Assembly (NCBI GenBank): GCA_036172245.1
Contig: JAYWIR010000008.1
Span: 2,418,001-2,482,000, forward strand
DNA: 64,000 nt
Source of the DNA: Raillietiella orientalis
Lineage: Eukaryota
Direction of reading: 5' to 3'
In this document: positions 1 to 13,626 of the stretch, in pieces
Numbering within the stretch: position 1 is the stretch's first letter
Layout: each line of letters starts with the position of its first letter
Position numbers and translations under genes: made by a program
The notes under the pieces: generated by a model
What the model saw: the letters and a program-made list of their open reading frames with translations, nothing else
Databases searched by the model: none
Told to the model about the DNA's origin: nothing

Positions 1-2840
1 CGTGCTCCGGAGGTGGCTCCCAGGACCAGGTAAGCTGCAGCTCGGAAAACCAACAAGCAATTAGGATCGGGTCGGAATTGGGATCGATTTCCCAGGAACC
101 CCAAAACACGCCGTGCGATTAGATATGATGGATTCAGAGCATCGCCCGGGAGGAACATTCCGAATCAGATGGTGAAAAGGAAAAGTGGAAAAAATTATCC
201 ACATGAGGGAAGCGTCCTAACAGTAATTGCGTGAAATTGGAAAGTGCTTCAAAAAAATTAAGCTCCCCCCCCCCACCTCTCCCTCCTTCTTTTGTGGGGT
301 GCACAGAAGATGGGAAAAAGATACGCGCGCTCACAGGAAGGAGTGACGGGTTTATGTTCCAAATCGGAACGCTAATAAAGCAACACGTAATGTGTTCCAC
401 GTGTGTTTTGAATCACTGATTGGAGCAAATGCACTCGCCGCTTACTCACCGCCCAGCGCTGGGCTGAGGATTTCAGTTCAAAGCTTCTTCTTTTTTTTCC
501 TTTTTTATCTTTTTTTTTTTTGTATTTTTATGATTTCCATTTATCATGCTCTTGAAAATTATGCTTCTCGCCCAGAATGGGAAAAGATGCTTTCAAAGCA
601 AGCAGAAATACGATTAAATGGAACATGCACGAGCTATGAAAAGGAAGTGCACAGGGAAAAAAAAAAAAAATTGTGGCTATTTCTGTTTGGCTGCAAAGAA
701 CGGAAACGCAGGAAACGGACATTTTTTATTTCCTTTTTTTTTAAATGGGCACGGTAAATGAATTGTAAAAATAACCTTTAGGATTGTCGATCGTGCTACC
801 TGCAGTCAGCAGCCAGTCACTTATGAACACAGAAAGATTCATCGCATTCAAGTACGCCAGTTAACAGTGATTTCGTTCCCCCTCCACCCCCTCACCCCCT
901 TTTCCCTACGGAGGTGATGGCAGACTTGCTGGCAAGTCCTTGCGCAGGACGAAGTGGTTGTGGGTCTCGGACAAAGGCTCCTTCCGTGGAGATTGGTTTG
1001 CCGATGCCTGGCCACGCCACGCATCCCCCCCCCCCCCCAGCTCTTTTTTTTTTTTTCCTTCTTTTCCTGCAACTACGCAGGAACCTAAGGACCGGCAGAG
1101 TCAAGAGACGCAGATGCCAGTGACACTCGGAAACACGTCCCCGCCTGTGCTCTGTAAACGATTCAAGTAAGGATACACACAGCTTCATCGATGTTTCGCA
1201 GCTCGAACACACTTATGTATTTGCTGGCACGCACGTGATATACGGGATTTACGTGTGAGCAAGGGGAAAAAAAAAGATGACGCTTCCAGCATCCAGTCCG
1301 GAGGCAAGCCGATACCTCGGGCTCAGCCGCCACGCTGGCGATCGGCGCGCCGCTGGGAAACCACGGTCGCTCCCTTCCCGAGATGGGAGATCGAAATGTG
1401 TGAATCAGCCGAGAAGGAACAAAAAAAAAAATTAGGCTTCGGGACATCGATGCGGACCGATGCGGTTGCCGTGATAGGGCGGGCGTTCGAGGGGCAGGGG
1501 AGCCCGGGAAAGGGAGGCGGGGGGGAGGGGGACCTACGGAAAGCCAGCCGCGTCCCTTCGAAGGGGTCGTGTTTTCCTGACAAGGTGCAGACGAGTGAGA
1601 CTTCCGGGGAGATAGGGAGGAGTTCTGGGAGACAGAAAAGACTGCTCGCGGCGGCGGCGGCGGCGCGCGCGCTCGAAGGCGACGATGGGGGAGATCTTTG
1701 AACTGCTTCGCGTGCCTGCAACGCGACACGCGAGGTGCGCGCCCTCGTGCGAACCGACGGCGGAGGGAGGAGGACGCTTCCTCGCTTGGTGGGTCTGCCA
1801 CATGCAGCTCCCGCCCGCTCGCTCGCTCCTGCGCGGACGAAATGACCGCACAGAATGAATAAATAAATAAATGAGCGGAAAAGCTGGAGGGAGCCGCAGT
1901 CCACGACCCTTTCAAGCCGAGGGGAAGCCACAGCAGTCCTTCAAAAGGAAAATTTCGAAAGAGCGTACGAGTGACCTCCGATGGCACCTAAGAGGAAGGG
2001 GGTGCGCGGGTGGTGTTTGTGAAGTGGACTACCCTGTCTTCTTCGGTCTCCTCCGGCCAAATCCGTCTCCAGCATGCCTCCACCACCGTCCCGATCTCGA
2101 ATGACATGAAGAGCATCGCTCAAACCTCGCAAGTCTCCTACTTCGCGCCACATCCAGGCTGCGGCTGCAGCTCCCACGCCGCATAGCAACAGCGTTCTCT
2201 TCGATGCCATTCTTTCAGGCGCTGAGCGAGCGAGGCTGAGGTCACGTCGCGCTTGAGCCCGCATCCCTCTGCCCGCTCTCACACACACCGCGCGAACTGT
2301 CCCCCTCCCCCCCCTCCTCCCTCCCCTCTGCGTACTTTCCAGATCAAGGCCTGGAGCTCAGCAGCTTGCCTGACTACCTCTTGGACTCTTTGCTGCTTGC
2401 TTTCTTCCCAGCTTTTTGTTTTGTTTGGGTTTTCTTCTTTTTGGTTGGCAGACCTCTTCCTTAATCTCTCCGGAGGAATCCCCCGGAAGGAACCGCTCCT
2501 CGTTTCCTCCTCTGAAGAGAACTTCGAAGGGACGCTTCCAGATTTCTCTGAGGAGGGCTGGGTCCCGAAAGGGGCAACGTGCTTCTTGCACTCTGGAGAG
2601 TGCAGCATCCCGAAGGGGGATCAACCAGCTCCATGGTACGCGATGGAGGGACCCCTCCGAGGGGGAACCGGATCCTTTGTTTTCCGGAAGGACCTCGTAT
2701 AGTCGACTTCCAATCCCAGCCGGTCAACAAGGGGTATCCAGCGTCCACCATTGCGGCACCCGAAGCCATTGGACCAACCAGCACCATATTGCGGGGGACT
2801 CGAAACCCACGATGCACCCCTCGTTCTCGGCGTCGATCCT

Positions 2841-2917
2841 TCCCCGGACAGGATTCGAATCCGCAACGCTTGGTGTCGTGCGCTGAGGTCTTGGTCACGC
2901 GGCCGCCGGTGCGGGCC
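2841..2917 (-). mobile_element. Possible degenerate tRNA-derived SINE head
   Basis: Minus strand reads ggcggccgcgtgaccaagacc...gcggattcgaatcctgtccggg: an A-box-like segment followed by a B-box-like GATTCGAATCC. No convincing cloverleaf. Confidence 0.3.
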
Positions 2918-5900
2918 TCTTGGAAACAGATAAGCCATTGAGGATTGTTGTGGTTTCCAAGGAGTGGAGCCTCTACCGGCAATCCGAGCCGTTGATCGAT
3001 GTCCCTGAGAATGGCAACGGAGCTGTACACAACATTGTACGGCACGTGGTCACTCTGCTCAGCCCTCCTTCCCACTCGTCACGCATGGGCCAGAACCTGC
3101 CCTTCGGAAGGCGTCCTGCCTTCCGGAAAGCGCGCTTTCTATGCGTTAACCAATGCGCGGTGCCTGCAGCCCTACTTGAAGGACCGCCCGGTTCCTCCGG
3201 GAGCTTCCAGAAAATACAGCGACAGGCGGGCCGGACGAATCCGCGCCAGCAATGCGGTAGAAGAAAAGGTCGTCGAAGAATCCTGAGTAAGCGAAGGAAG
3301 GGGGGAAAGTGTGATTGAGGTGTCTCCTTCCAGACAGCGAAGGGCGGGGCATCTTCCCTTTGGACGAGGGACCCCGAGAGACCCCTTTTCCCTCTCCCGA
3401 TTCACCCAAAAGGCGCGCGCACGCTTCCGGCCGATCTCCCTCTCCTCTCCACTCTTCCCCGGTGCCGAGAAAGGCACCCGAGAGGTGTCGACGAGCGAAG
3501 AAGATGCAGGCCGACCAGGAACTTCCGCATTCCGAGAAGTCCGCGGCTGCTCAGCAGCGTGCGGCGGTAGCGGAACCTGGCGGAGGGAGGGATCCGGCAT
3601 AGTCTCGAGCCGCCGGCGCCGGCGGCGCTCCCCGCCACCAAGCACAAGCTGCTGGCCGCTACGGACGACCGACCGGATGCTGCAGGTGGAGGCACGCTGC
3701 GCTTCGTCCGCCTCTCGTCTTCGAGTCTCTTCCGTGCAGCCTCCCCGGTCACTTCTGCAACTGCAGTGCTTTCGCGAAGGAGGAGGACCTTCGACTAGGC
3801 TGCATCGCTTGGACCGGAGATCCATGGTGCCCCTCCTCCTCCTCTTCCCTTTTCCCTGTAGTCTTCCGCTCCCATAGCTGGTACTCCCGGGAGCCGGATG
3901 ACTCACGCGAGGATCGGGCAAAGCGGGATCGACACTCTCCCGTCCCGAGAGCACGAGGTCTCGGTTGCTTAGGAACGCGACGGCGGCCAGGACGGAGGAA
4001 GAGGAGGAGAGCGATTGCGTGCGCTCGCCCACTGCTTATCCGACACGTGCAAAGCGCGTTCGTAGCAATGGGGCGAAGTCAGGAGTAGCAACAATAACAA
4101 AAACAAAGGAACTCCCTAATTTTTACGGCCCCCGCAGGAGCTGCGCGCTCGACGACCGGCTGCGAATCGATAGAGTGACTTCCCTGCAAGAGCCGCTGCT
4201 GCCAGGACGCCAGTTCACGGTCACGGGCAGGGAGTGCGCGGGACGCCTGCGATCCGACGCCAAGCAGCGCTCACAGGGATCGGAAGGGTGCAGGCTATGG
4301 GTCCGCACCCTGGCACGCGGCCGGGCCCCCTGCGCGTCTCGACTTCTCTCCGGCGAGAGAGAGCCTGGGGCGCTCGGACAGCGGGCACGATCCTGGGAAA
4401 AGCAGCGCCGGTCCAGGGTTCGCATCTTAGACTGCCCTTTTCCCGCTTCCAACGCGAAGGGCACCCGCGCGCTCGTTCCTCTTGCCTTCCTTCTCCTCCC
4501 CATACCCTCCCCTTGAGAACTTCAGACCACCACGTTAACCTCGTTTTTCAAACCGACAGCAAAACCCGAACGAACTCGGCAGTGCGAAGACAAACGGAGC
4601 CCCGGCGGGCATGCAGAGCGGTTTGCCTACAGGCTGCGCTAAAACAACAGGAAGAGCTCAAATAAAAAAGACCGAAAGGAAGAGACTGCAACAACGGAAG
4701 GAAATGCCCGCAGAGAGCAGCAACAATCAAAGTTACAATAAAAAAAATAAAAAATGATGCAGCAGCTGACGGAGAAGAGGGAAGCCGCAATCGAGATGTG
4801 GCATGCGGCGTCCCCTTGCACAGGTACACACACAGGAGACGCCCCATTTGATGCTGGTTATGGTGCGGGAAAGGAGCGCGTGCACCCTCGCCAAAACGAC
4901 TGAGCTCCGGCTCATGGATGAACGAGGAAACGATGGCAACATATCACGGGGAGCAGCGGGAAGTACGCGTCCGCACTGCCATTATGGCTAGATGCAACAT
5001 CAATCATGGAGCAGTCTTCGGCTTCCAGACTTTAACAGCCACGTGAGTTGTGAAACTTGTGAGGAAAGCGAAACGACTTAAGAGGAAACTCTGTGATATG
5101 GCAGGATGATACGCTGCTGTTAAAAAGACAATGATGGCTTCCCAAGAACCATTACCTCCAGGGATCACCAACAGTAAATGACGATGGTTGAAATAAATGA
5201 TTGGAAACGGAATTTTTCCGAGTATCAGCAGAATGATGACGGCAGCAAAAAAAACTGCCAAAACGAAAACACAAACGTCAGCAACAAAGAAAACAAACAG
5301 CGATGACGTCACCTTGCCAAACCAAAGCACGGATCAAGAAGACGTCGGGGAGTGGCTACAACGGCACAGCCTCTCCATGCGCATTAGGGCTGGCGAGGAC
5401 TGGGGAAAGAGATCATCATCATGCAAGAGCGATTACCGGAAAACGCGAGGCAGAGATGTCTCTGTGCTTAGCTCTGGGAGAAAATCCAGAAATAATGAAA
5501 TTAACAAATTAGCCGTCCGGGAATCTGCACTGGATGGGGTCTGAAGCTGCGACAAGAATGGGATGCGGGGAGATAACTGAGCAAGAGGTTGCGCGGCTCT
5601 CGGAACGCGCTGCGCACATGTTCTCTCAAAGACACACCAAAAGATAAGGCACAAAAGTGAGACCGTTTCGAGAGAGAATGCCAACGAGAGGGCACGCGAG
5701 AGGGGAAAGGAAGGCACAGACGAATACTCCCTTTTAAGGGCCAGAACTGTCGTGTGGGTCTCTAACCGCTAACGCCAACCGAGGCCGCTGCGCTAGATGG
5801 TGCGAAGGGGGCGGCCAGAAGCTCTCCTGAAGGAGTTGGCCTCCGGTTAAGACGGACGGGTCAGATGCGGATGAGGTTCAACTTTCTGATTGACGGGAGA

Positions 5901-8783
5901 CAAATGAACGTCCCGGAAAATGAGACGGAGAAGCGTGCAAGCGTCGCTTCAAGAAGAGAATGTTCCTGTCGTGTTGATCTGTGGAAAGTTTCAAGAGAGC
6001 GACAGGGATCACCGGATGGGCAGTCCGCGCACGGTCACGTAACGAAGCTAATTAACGGGCCGCTGAGCTCGCATGGCACGCAGTGTCACATAAGAGGGTT
6101 TCCAAAAAGGGAGCAAGATTTTAGGAAGTGGAGAAAACGGATGCCCCACTCAAATGGAAACGTACGCGTCGGCAACAAACGCGCATCCCCCATTTATTTA
6201 TTTATTTTTTTCCCGTGATTTTTCCTCTGGGGGAAGATCCTTGGCTCTTGAAGAAAAGGAAGAAGAAGAAGAAGAAAAAACGGTGTCTACAGAAAACATT
6301 CCCTAGTGACGGATAAGTTTGGCTCTAAGCTCATCTCATGGGATGGAAAGGTTTCCTTTAGCATGTCGGGATCCAAAAAAGGTTTAGGAAACGTCGATCC
6401 AATAAAAGCAGTCGCATCACGGCTTCCATGCATTTATCTTCCACGCACCCTCTGTTGTATATGGCACTGGAGGTACTGGCGCGCACAGCATCGACGATCG
6501 ACAAATCTAAGGACAGCGCAGGCAAAAAAAAAAAAAAAAGGAAGGAAGACCTTAGCTAGCAAGCACTCTTCTTATTTCTTCGTTTCCATCTTTCTTTTCT
6601 TTTCTATTTTTCTCCTTTTGGAAAAATGGTTTCTTTTAGTGCCACGAAGTTTCTCGAATCGAAATCGCAGCCTGACAGAAGGCGGGGAAAGGAAAGCGCG
6701 TCGCGACGCGCTGAAACGAAATGACGTAACAAAAAAAAAAAAAAAAAAACGACGCAACAATGGAGCTTCCGATCGCTGGAGCAGACGGAAATAGTGAAGT
6801 TTCCACGTCTCGCGAGGGACGGTTGCTAAGAAACACAAGCAAGCGTAGCTGTTTCGGGTGTGATGACTCACTCGCCGTTTCCGAAAAGCTGATTAATTCT
6901 TGAGGAGGATGTGAAGCTGAAGCGTCGCATCCTCCTTAAGAACTGATCCTTCGGCTCGATGAAGGGAAACGAAAAGGGGGAGAAAGAAAAACGCAAACAC
7001 CGCGAAAAACTGCCCGCAGAGGGAAAAAATCAACTTTTGCTTTCGGCAGACGGAAACGAAACGTAAAACAAACGGACAAACAGGCGGGATGCTGCGAAGC
7101 CGGGATCAGGGATGAAGTGGCACAACAAACAAGTGCTCGGAACTCTCTTCGCAACGGATCCTCGGGAACCATGGGCACGCACGCCTTCCTCGCGTCTCCG
7201 ACCTCGGAGGGAGCGGCACGCCGTTCGCCTGGCTAACCGGGAGGCAGATCGCACGACGCGCTCACGTCCTTCCGGCTCCCTTCGGCTCCCCCTTTTTCCG
7301 CCCTGGCTTTAAGGATTTGCCTCCAGAGCCACGGAACGGACGAGAAGGAACAGCTCGGAATGACTTCTCGAAAGGGAGGGCGGAAACGGTGGCAAAGGCG
7401 ACACGGGACAACTTTTTCGCCTTCGGAGAAGCTTCCTCAAAGGATGCGGCACTTCCGAAGATCATTTTTCCTTTGTCATCTTCCACCACTGCGTGGACGT
7501 CAGTTTGGTAAATGCGCTCTTCCTCTCCCTCCCTTGCTGCTCCTTCGGGGCGACCGGCTTCTCGGAGGCTCTGCCCTTCCGCCGAGACGGATCGAGGTCG
7601 AGAAGGAGATCACGACCGACCCGGGGGAGGCACTCCTCCTCCCCCGCGGAAAAAAGGAGGGGGGCGCGACGTCAGCGAGCGAGGCTCGCGCATAAGATGG
7701 CCGCGCGGCGGCGGGTGCTGAGAGACCCCGGACTCCCTTACTCCCCCCTTCCGGGAAGGCGACTCCGCGTTCTTCTGATTTCCTCCTCTTGCGGCACGAA
7801 TGACCATCGAAAGGAGGAGCGACGCCGGGGGAGGTGGGGAAAAGGCACTCCCCCACACGCGCTCCCCTGAGAGCAAGCGGAAGTTCCCGGAAGTGGTGCA
7901 AAAACCGGAGGGAGGATTCCCCCATCCTCGTCCTTGGCACCCGCGACTTGCGATGCCCACGAGGAGTTTTCGATCCTCCGGCATCCCTTTTTCCGCCGCG
8001 GTTACAATGAAGGAAGGTCGGCAGCAAGCCACTGGGGCGGACTCTCGGCCTCTCCGGATCAGACCGGAGCCTCTTCGTGGACGCAAATAGCGGAAAATGA
8101 CGCATCTGCACCCGCCTCCAGGAGAGAGGGGCAGCCCCTGGAAACCGTCCGCCGCGCAGGTCCTCAGGAAACCTCGCGCCCCGGGGCCGCCGCAATGCAA
8201 TGAGGAGGCCATTCTCTACGGGAAGGATGCCGGAGGCGCTTGGAGCTGACGGCCGACCCGCGCGCGCGCGCGGCGAAAGGGTTCTCCATCCGACTGGTTC
8301 CAGGGACAAGACGACGCCTCGGACACCTCCGAAGGCCACCCCGCAACACGTGCGACCCGGATTCGCGCCCGCATCCCCCCTACGGACCCCTACACTTCCG
8401 GATTCTTCTTTCTCCCTTCCTCCCCTTTCCAGCCTTCTGCCTTCCGGGACAGGTGCGGCTCACCCACCCCTCTTCCTGCTTCGGGGGCGACGAAGTGATG
8501 AAAAGGGGAAGAGGTGTCTTCGTTTTCGACGACTGAAGCCCCGGAGCCACGTCCAGGATAACCCTCTTGCAGAAGCTTCGATGCGGGGGGGCTGGGGAGA
8601 ACGACGACGGCGGCGGCGGCGAGATCAACGAGGAGAGCGGACACCCCCCCCCGCACACACACACACGCGCGCGCGCGAGCGACGTGCCCCTGCTGCCGCC
8701 GCGAGCCTGGCAGCGGCCCCCCGCCTCCTCCCGCCAGCACTACCGTCCCTCCCTCCCTCCTTCCGGTCGCCGCGGCAACGCAC

Positions 8784-9015
8784 CTCCTTCTGGTCCGCGG
8801 TCTTGTATTTCCTCCACGAGGTGAACCCTGGTCTCCAGTACTCCAGGTAGTAGGCCTCGGCGAACTCCTGGCCTTCCCCGTTGCCGAAGCGTCCCTGGAT
8901 GTGGACCGAAGTCACGGCGTGCAGCTTGCCCAGGCGGATCTCCAGGTACTCATAGATGCCCTGCGCGATGGGCTGCTTCGGGCACCACGCACCTCCCGCC
9001 TGGTCCAGGTTCAGC
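8784..9015 (-). CDS. Ddr: DDR tyrosine kinase, next discoidin-domain exon (gene continues left of the window; signal-peptide exon not identified)
   Basis: Translates as (R)LNLDQAGGAWCPKQPIAQGIYEYLEIRLGKLHAVTSVHIQGRFGNGEGQEFAEAYYLEYWRPGFTSWRKYKTADQKE, with the DDR motifs GAWCP and QGRFGNGxGQEF. Acceptor ttctctctgaacag| and donor GAG|gtgcgt. Splices in frame (AG|G = Arg) across intron 9016-15911 (6,896 nt). Confidence 0.95.
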
Positions 9016-12000
9016 CTGTTCAGAGAGAAGAAAAAGGTGGGAGTTAGCCCGTTGCGGGAGAACAGATCGAAGGGGCGGGAACGCGAGGAGGAGGAGGAGG
9101 AGGAAGGAAGAGTTCCTTTCTGTGCAAGAGAAGTGTGTTCCCAGAGGTCGACAAGTGCGGACATACCACATCCGCTCTGTGGACCACCACTTTCTCTGGC
9201 TTCACGTGCGTCGCTGAAAAAGGGGAAGTGGGGAAAACCGCGAAGAAACGTGGGGGTGGGGCGGGGAAACCCAAAAGGGTCAAAGAAATGAGCTGCGCTC
9301 TGCCCTGCGCACGTGCGCTTTCCCCGGATCACCCTCCCCCATCCACGAAACAGCCGCCGCGACTGGAAGCGGACGACAACCAACCTCAGCTCCGACCTCG
9401 CTCCTAGCACTGCTGTTGCAGTCAAGAGTAGTGGAGCAGCGCTAGCAGCGTCTCCCTCAAGCACCACCCATCGCTGCCTCCCCGAAGGGCCGCAAGCGCG
9501 CTTTTGGATTCCACCAACTCAGCGGTCTGCATTGGCTAAACTCGATTGGCACCCCTGCTCAGGCGCGCACAGGTGGTGCGCCCCGTGGCACCGCTTCCTC
9601 CTATTCCTTTCCCCCTCCTCCCCTCCTCGCCGCTTCGGCTTCTCCAAAAGACGAGACTTCTGTGCCCCTGCCTGTCCTCGGTGCAGGAGCGGGCAGCGGT
9701 TCGCCGGGGGGAAGGAGGGAGGGGGGAGGGAGGAAAGGGAGGGAAAGGTCGAAGGGCATGCACCTCCGCACCGGCGGGCGTGAGGGAGGCGGCGGCAGGT
9801 GTCTGAACAGCAGGACGCATGCGGGACGAGGGAGTTCCGGGAACGAAGAACCGCTCGGGCTCTGCAGCTGTCATCGGAGGACACCTGAAGTGGCGGCGGA
9901 CTGACCGAAGGGGCAACCTCACTCTTCGAGCAGAGACGGCGCGTGCGGAGCCGTAAGGATAAGAAGCGAGGGGGGTTGGGACGAGTGGATCGATTCCGTA
10001 GCAACCGCGAGGATGCGGGGCAACAAGCAGGGGCTTCGAGAGTTCCCTTAGAGGAACGGGGGGGAAGAATACCTACCAGAAGAAAACTTTCACCATCATT
10101 CCCCAGAATCAAATTGTATACAGTCCGACGTAATGTACAGTAATTAATAAAAAGGCACCGGATGGGTCGATTATCATCCAATTAGCCGCCGTGGAAGCCA
10201 CGGGGCGGGAGTCATCATCGTCCGGGTGGCGGGTGCACGGCTAGCAAAGCGCGGTAGACGCCGGAGAGGTTCCCTGGGAAACGGCTGGCCTCCGGCCTTT
10301 GGGTGCACCGGAGGCTTCCGGAGACCGAGGAAGACCTCCCTCCGGTTCGTCCCCCATACGCTTCGCGTTCCGACCTGCCGCCCCCGCCACTGCCTGCCCC
10401 TCGGACGAACGCCCGGGGACGCGTTGCCAAGAGACGGAGGTGTGCACCGGGGGGGGGGGAGGCAGACGGAGGACACTCGGTGCCGGGGAAGTGCGAGGAT
10501 CGCCCGTCCCGTTCTCTGCGTGCCTCATCCGGAAAATCTGGATTTTTCCCTGGTCTGGGAACGCCTCAATGCCTCAGCACTCGGAAAGTCGCGCGCGCGC
10601 TCCACTTCGGTCGGCGCTTTCTCCCGGACCGAAAAGGGGAGCGGAAAAAGCCGAGAGAGCGACAGGGGACGGGGGGGAGGACCGCCTCGTGTGCTGCCGA
10701 CTGGAAGTCCGGCGAGAGGGGAGGGAACGAGGGGCCGTGGGAAGCTTCGAGCGAGGTGCGGCGAGGAAGGCGTTCGGCGACCGCCGGCTTCGGGTGTGCA
10801 AGCAGACACCTCCGCACGCAGCCCCAAACGGACCACCTCGGGAACCTCCACGGCCGTCGGCAAGGTCCCCTTCCCTCCGCGCTGCTTTCGCCTTCCCTCC
10901 TTCCCTCCCCACGAGCCCGCTGGAGCTCTCGGCACTACCCTTCATCTCGACCCGGAAAGAGCGATCCGAGAGCACGCAGAGAGTCCATCCTCCGCCAGCA
11001 TGGGGCGTGCCGTGAACCCATTTCACCCTCCCTGGCCCCCCACGTGCTGCGAAATTCGTCCGGCGCGCACTGCGGGCGCGGGGGAGTGAGAGAAGGAGGG
11101 CAGCAGGAATAGGGCGCGTCCCAAGGGGCTCATCCGCTCAGGAGATCCCGCCGCTCAGCTTCTGGATTTCCGCAAGCTCCCAGGAAGGATGGGGTGAGGT
11201 GGGGGAAGAAGAGGATTTCCGAAAAAGGCGAATCACCGGGAGACGGAGATGCAGGCGAGTCCCGGGAGGGGGGGGGGGGAGGGGAGGTGCAGAGGTGCGC
11301 GCAAGCACACGGAACGCGCACCCTCCCACCCACCCGCGCGCTCTCCGGCGCTACCGCTGGCGTGCTTCCCTCGCCCTCCATGCGCCCGCCTTGTTTGCTC
11401 GAGGTTCGCGGGAGGGGATGACCGCACCTCGCCCGATCACGTCTGTTGACACAGGTTGGCCGGCGGCGGCATCAAAGACTTCCACCGGACGCACGCACTT
11501 CCCGCGCCGCCGCGTGGAGGGCAAACGCCCCCCCCCCCTCCACCCTCATTTCCTCCTCTTGACCGTTTTCCGAGCAAACGGCAAACGCGAGATGTTGCTG
11601 CTGCTGCTACTTCCGGGATGCAGGCGCACCTGAGGCGCGCGCACGGGGTTTCCAGCTGCCTCACGCGCGCGTGGCAAACATTACCATCCCTCTCTCCCCT
11701 TCTTACTCCCCCCCCATCCGGAAACCAGCCACAGCGAGTATGGGGTGAACTTGCTGAGGTCCGACCGACGGAAGGGAAGGTTTCCCTGCGGACCACCGAA
11801 GAGGACACGCGCGGCCCCCTCCGGGAAGCGCGACGGAGGGAGCGCGCGGGTGTTCGCGGGCGGATCCGCGCGCGGTTCGTCGATCCCTTCGCAGGGAACG
11901 ACGCGTTCCGGAGCGGACGAGTTCCAGGGGAAGGGGATGAAAAAAGCACGCTGTGGAGGAATTTGCCTTAGCGCGAGGAAACGCCCAGGCGGCAAGAGGA

Positions 12001-13504
12001 GCGGACCACGAGGATGACGCTGCGCATTCGAAGGAACGCCAGCGAGGCAGACACGAGGGTGGGAGGGAGCAGCACGGTTGCGGTGGAGACGTGAGGCCAA
12101 CGGCGCCGCCTCGTGCTCCCTGGCTGAAACTTGCCGAGGCAGCAAAGCGGTGATGGGGGGCCGTCTGCATCCGCCAGAGCCGTGAATCATTCGTCCAAAA
12201 AGAGGAAAAGGAGGGAGGGGAGGGAATGAGGGGAATAACAAGGAACGACGCAGATCAAGGAGATAGCTGCCGGATAAAGGGGCAGCCCACGTGATGGACG
12301 ACGTTCGCAGATGGTTCCTTGTCTCCGTGGAGACGCCTGTGCCGTCAAAGAGTTTTCGCGTCGACACCCCCATAGTTCCTTTGGAAGTGGCGGAGAGAGG
12401 CTGGTTTCCCCAGAGGACGCCTGTGGGGAGAAGAGAAGAAGAAACTGAAGAAGAAAAGCGAGCGGGATGGAACACGCGCAGCCGAGGAAAAAAAAACAAA
12501 AAGTGGGCAGGTGGCCGGTTTGGTGGAGCTCGTCCTCGACTTTTTCCTGGCTCCACCGTTTTCACGTCATTTGGAGAAAAGGTTCGCTCTCCGGAAACCG
12601 TTTCCCTCGTTTCTGAATTGAGGAACAACAAAAAACACCAGAAGGGCAGAGCGCTTTCCGACGACTGCGCTCCAGAACAGAAGGAAAGGGGGGAGCAAAA
12701 AAAAAAAACAAAAAGAAACACGACGATCGCAAAATTCGCGTTGTAGCATTGTAATACACGGTGCAATTATGCTAATGGATGGATTATGATTGGCAATGGA
12801 TCAAAAAATGATGCGGCGCCAGCTACATAATAAGAAGCATTGATCGTACATTCCGTGTTATCATTGGAGGGAAAAGCAGTCATTATAGAACGGGGAACGT
12901 GCACTTCGGCTTACTCTTCCGTTTGTTTGTTTTTTGTTTTCACTTTTCGAAAATCGCAAACCTAAGGGGGGGGGGGAACCATTGCGATGATTGCCCTGTG
13001 ATAACAAGGACGCAAGGATGCTCCAGCCTTGGGAACGCTTTTTTGTTTTGCTTCGCTTTGCCTTTTTTTCTTTTCCCGATTATCAGATCTCTTCGAAGAG
13101 TAGCGTCTTTACGATTCGACGTGTTCATTTTCCTCACGAAGTAAACGAAACCTCACGGAGCACGTGCTGAAACTTTCCTGCCGCGGTTTTTCAAAACAGG
13201 CCGGCGGCCCTGTTGGTACGTAACGAGTTCACTCCGCACGATCGGGAAAAGCACGAAAACAGAGCACCGTCCACTTGCTCATCAGGCAGCTGCAGACGAA
13301 AGGGTGGACTCCCGGAGCGCAAGGCGCACTCTGTCCTGATACGCCGCACTCGCGCCCGAATGCAGGACGAAACCGAAACCGGAAAATGACAAACCTCTGG
13401 CATGTTTCACGGCTCTGACGATCCGCTGTCTTTCCGAACCGACACGAGTGAACGAAAGCCTTTTTACGTATGTCGAATGATTTTTAAACCATGAGCGAAA
13501 AGAT

Positions 13505-13626
13505 GATGCTCTTCCAACAATGCGTGAAGCGACAATGCTTTTTCAACAATGCGTGAATCAACAACTCTTTTCCGACAATGTCTTAAAGGATTATGCTTTT
13601 CCGACAATGCTTGAAGCAACAATGCG
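13505..13626. repeat. Degenerate ~29-bp minisatellite
   Basis: About 4 imperfect copies of tgcttttccgacaatgcgtgaagcaacaa, with a recurring ACAATG core. Confidence 0.7.

Noticed and set aside
1..36. Plus-strand donor CAG|gtaagc at position 30
   Set aside because: Too little upstream sequence to tell whether it ends a real exon.
2940..3075. SDH motif suggesting an AP-endonuclease end
   Set aside because: Isolated tripeptide; the upstream APE motifs are absent.
5197..5544. 115-aa K/T-rich plus-strand ORF
   Set aside because: Low complexity, no motif, no supporting splice structure.
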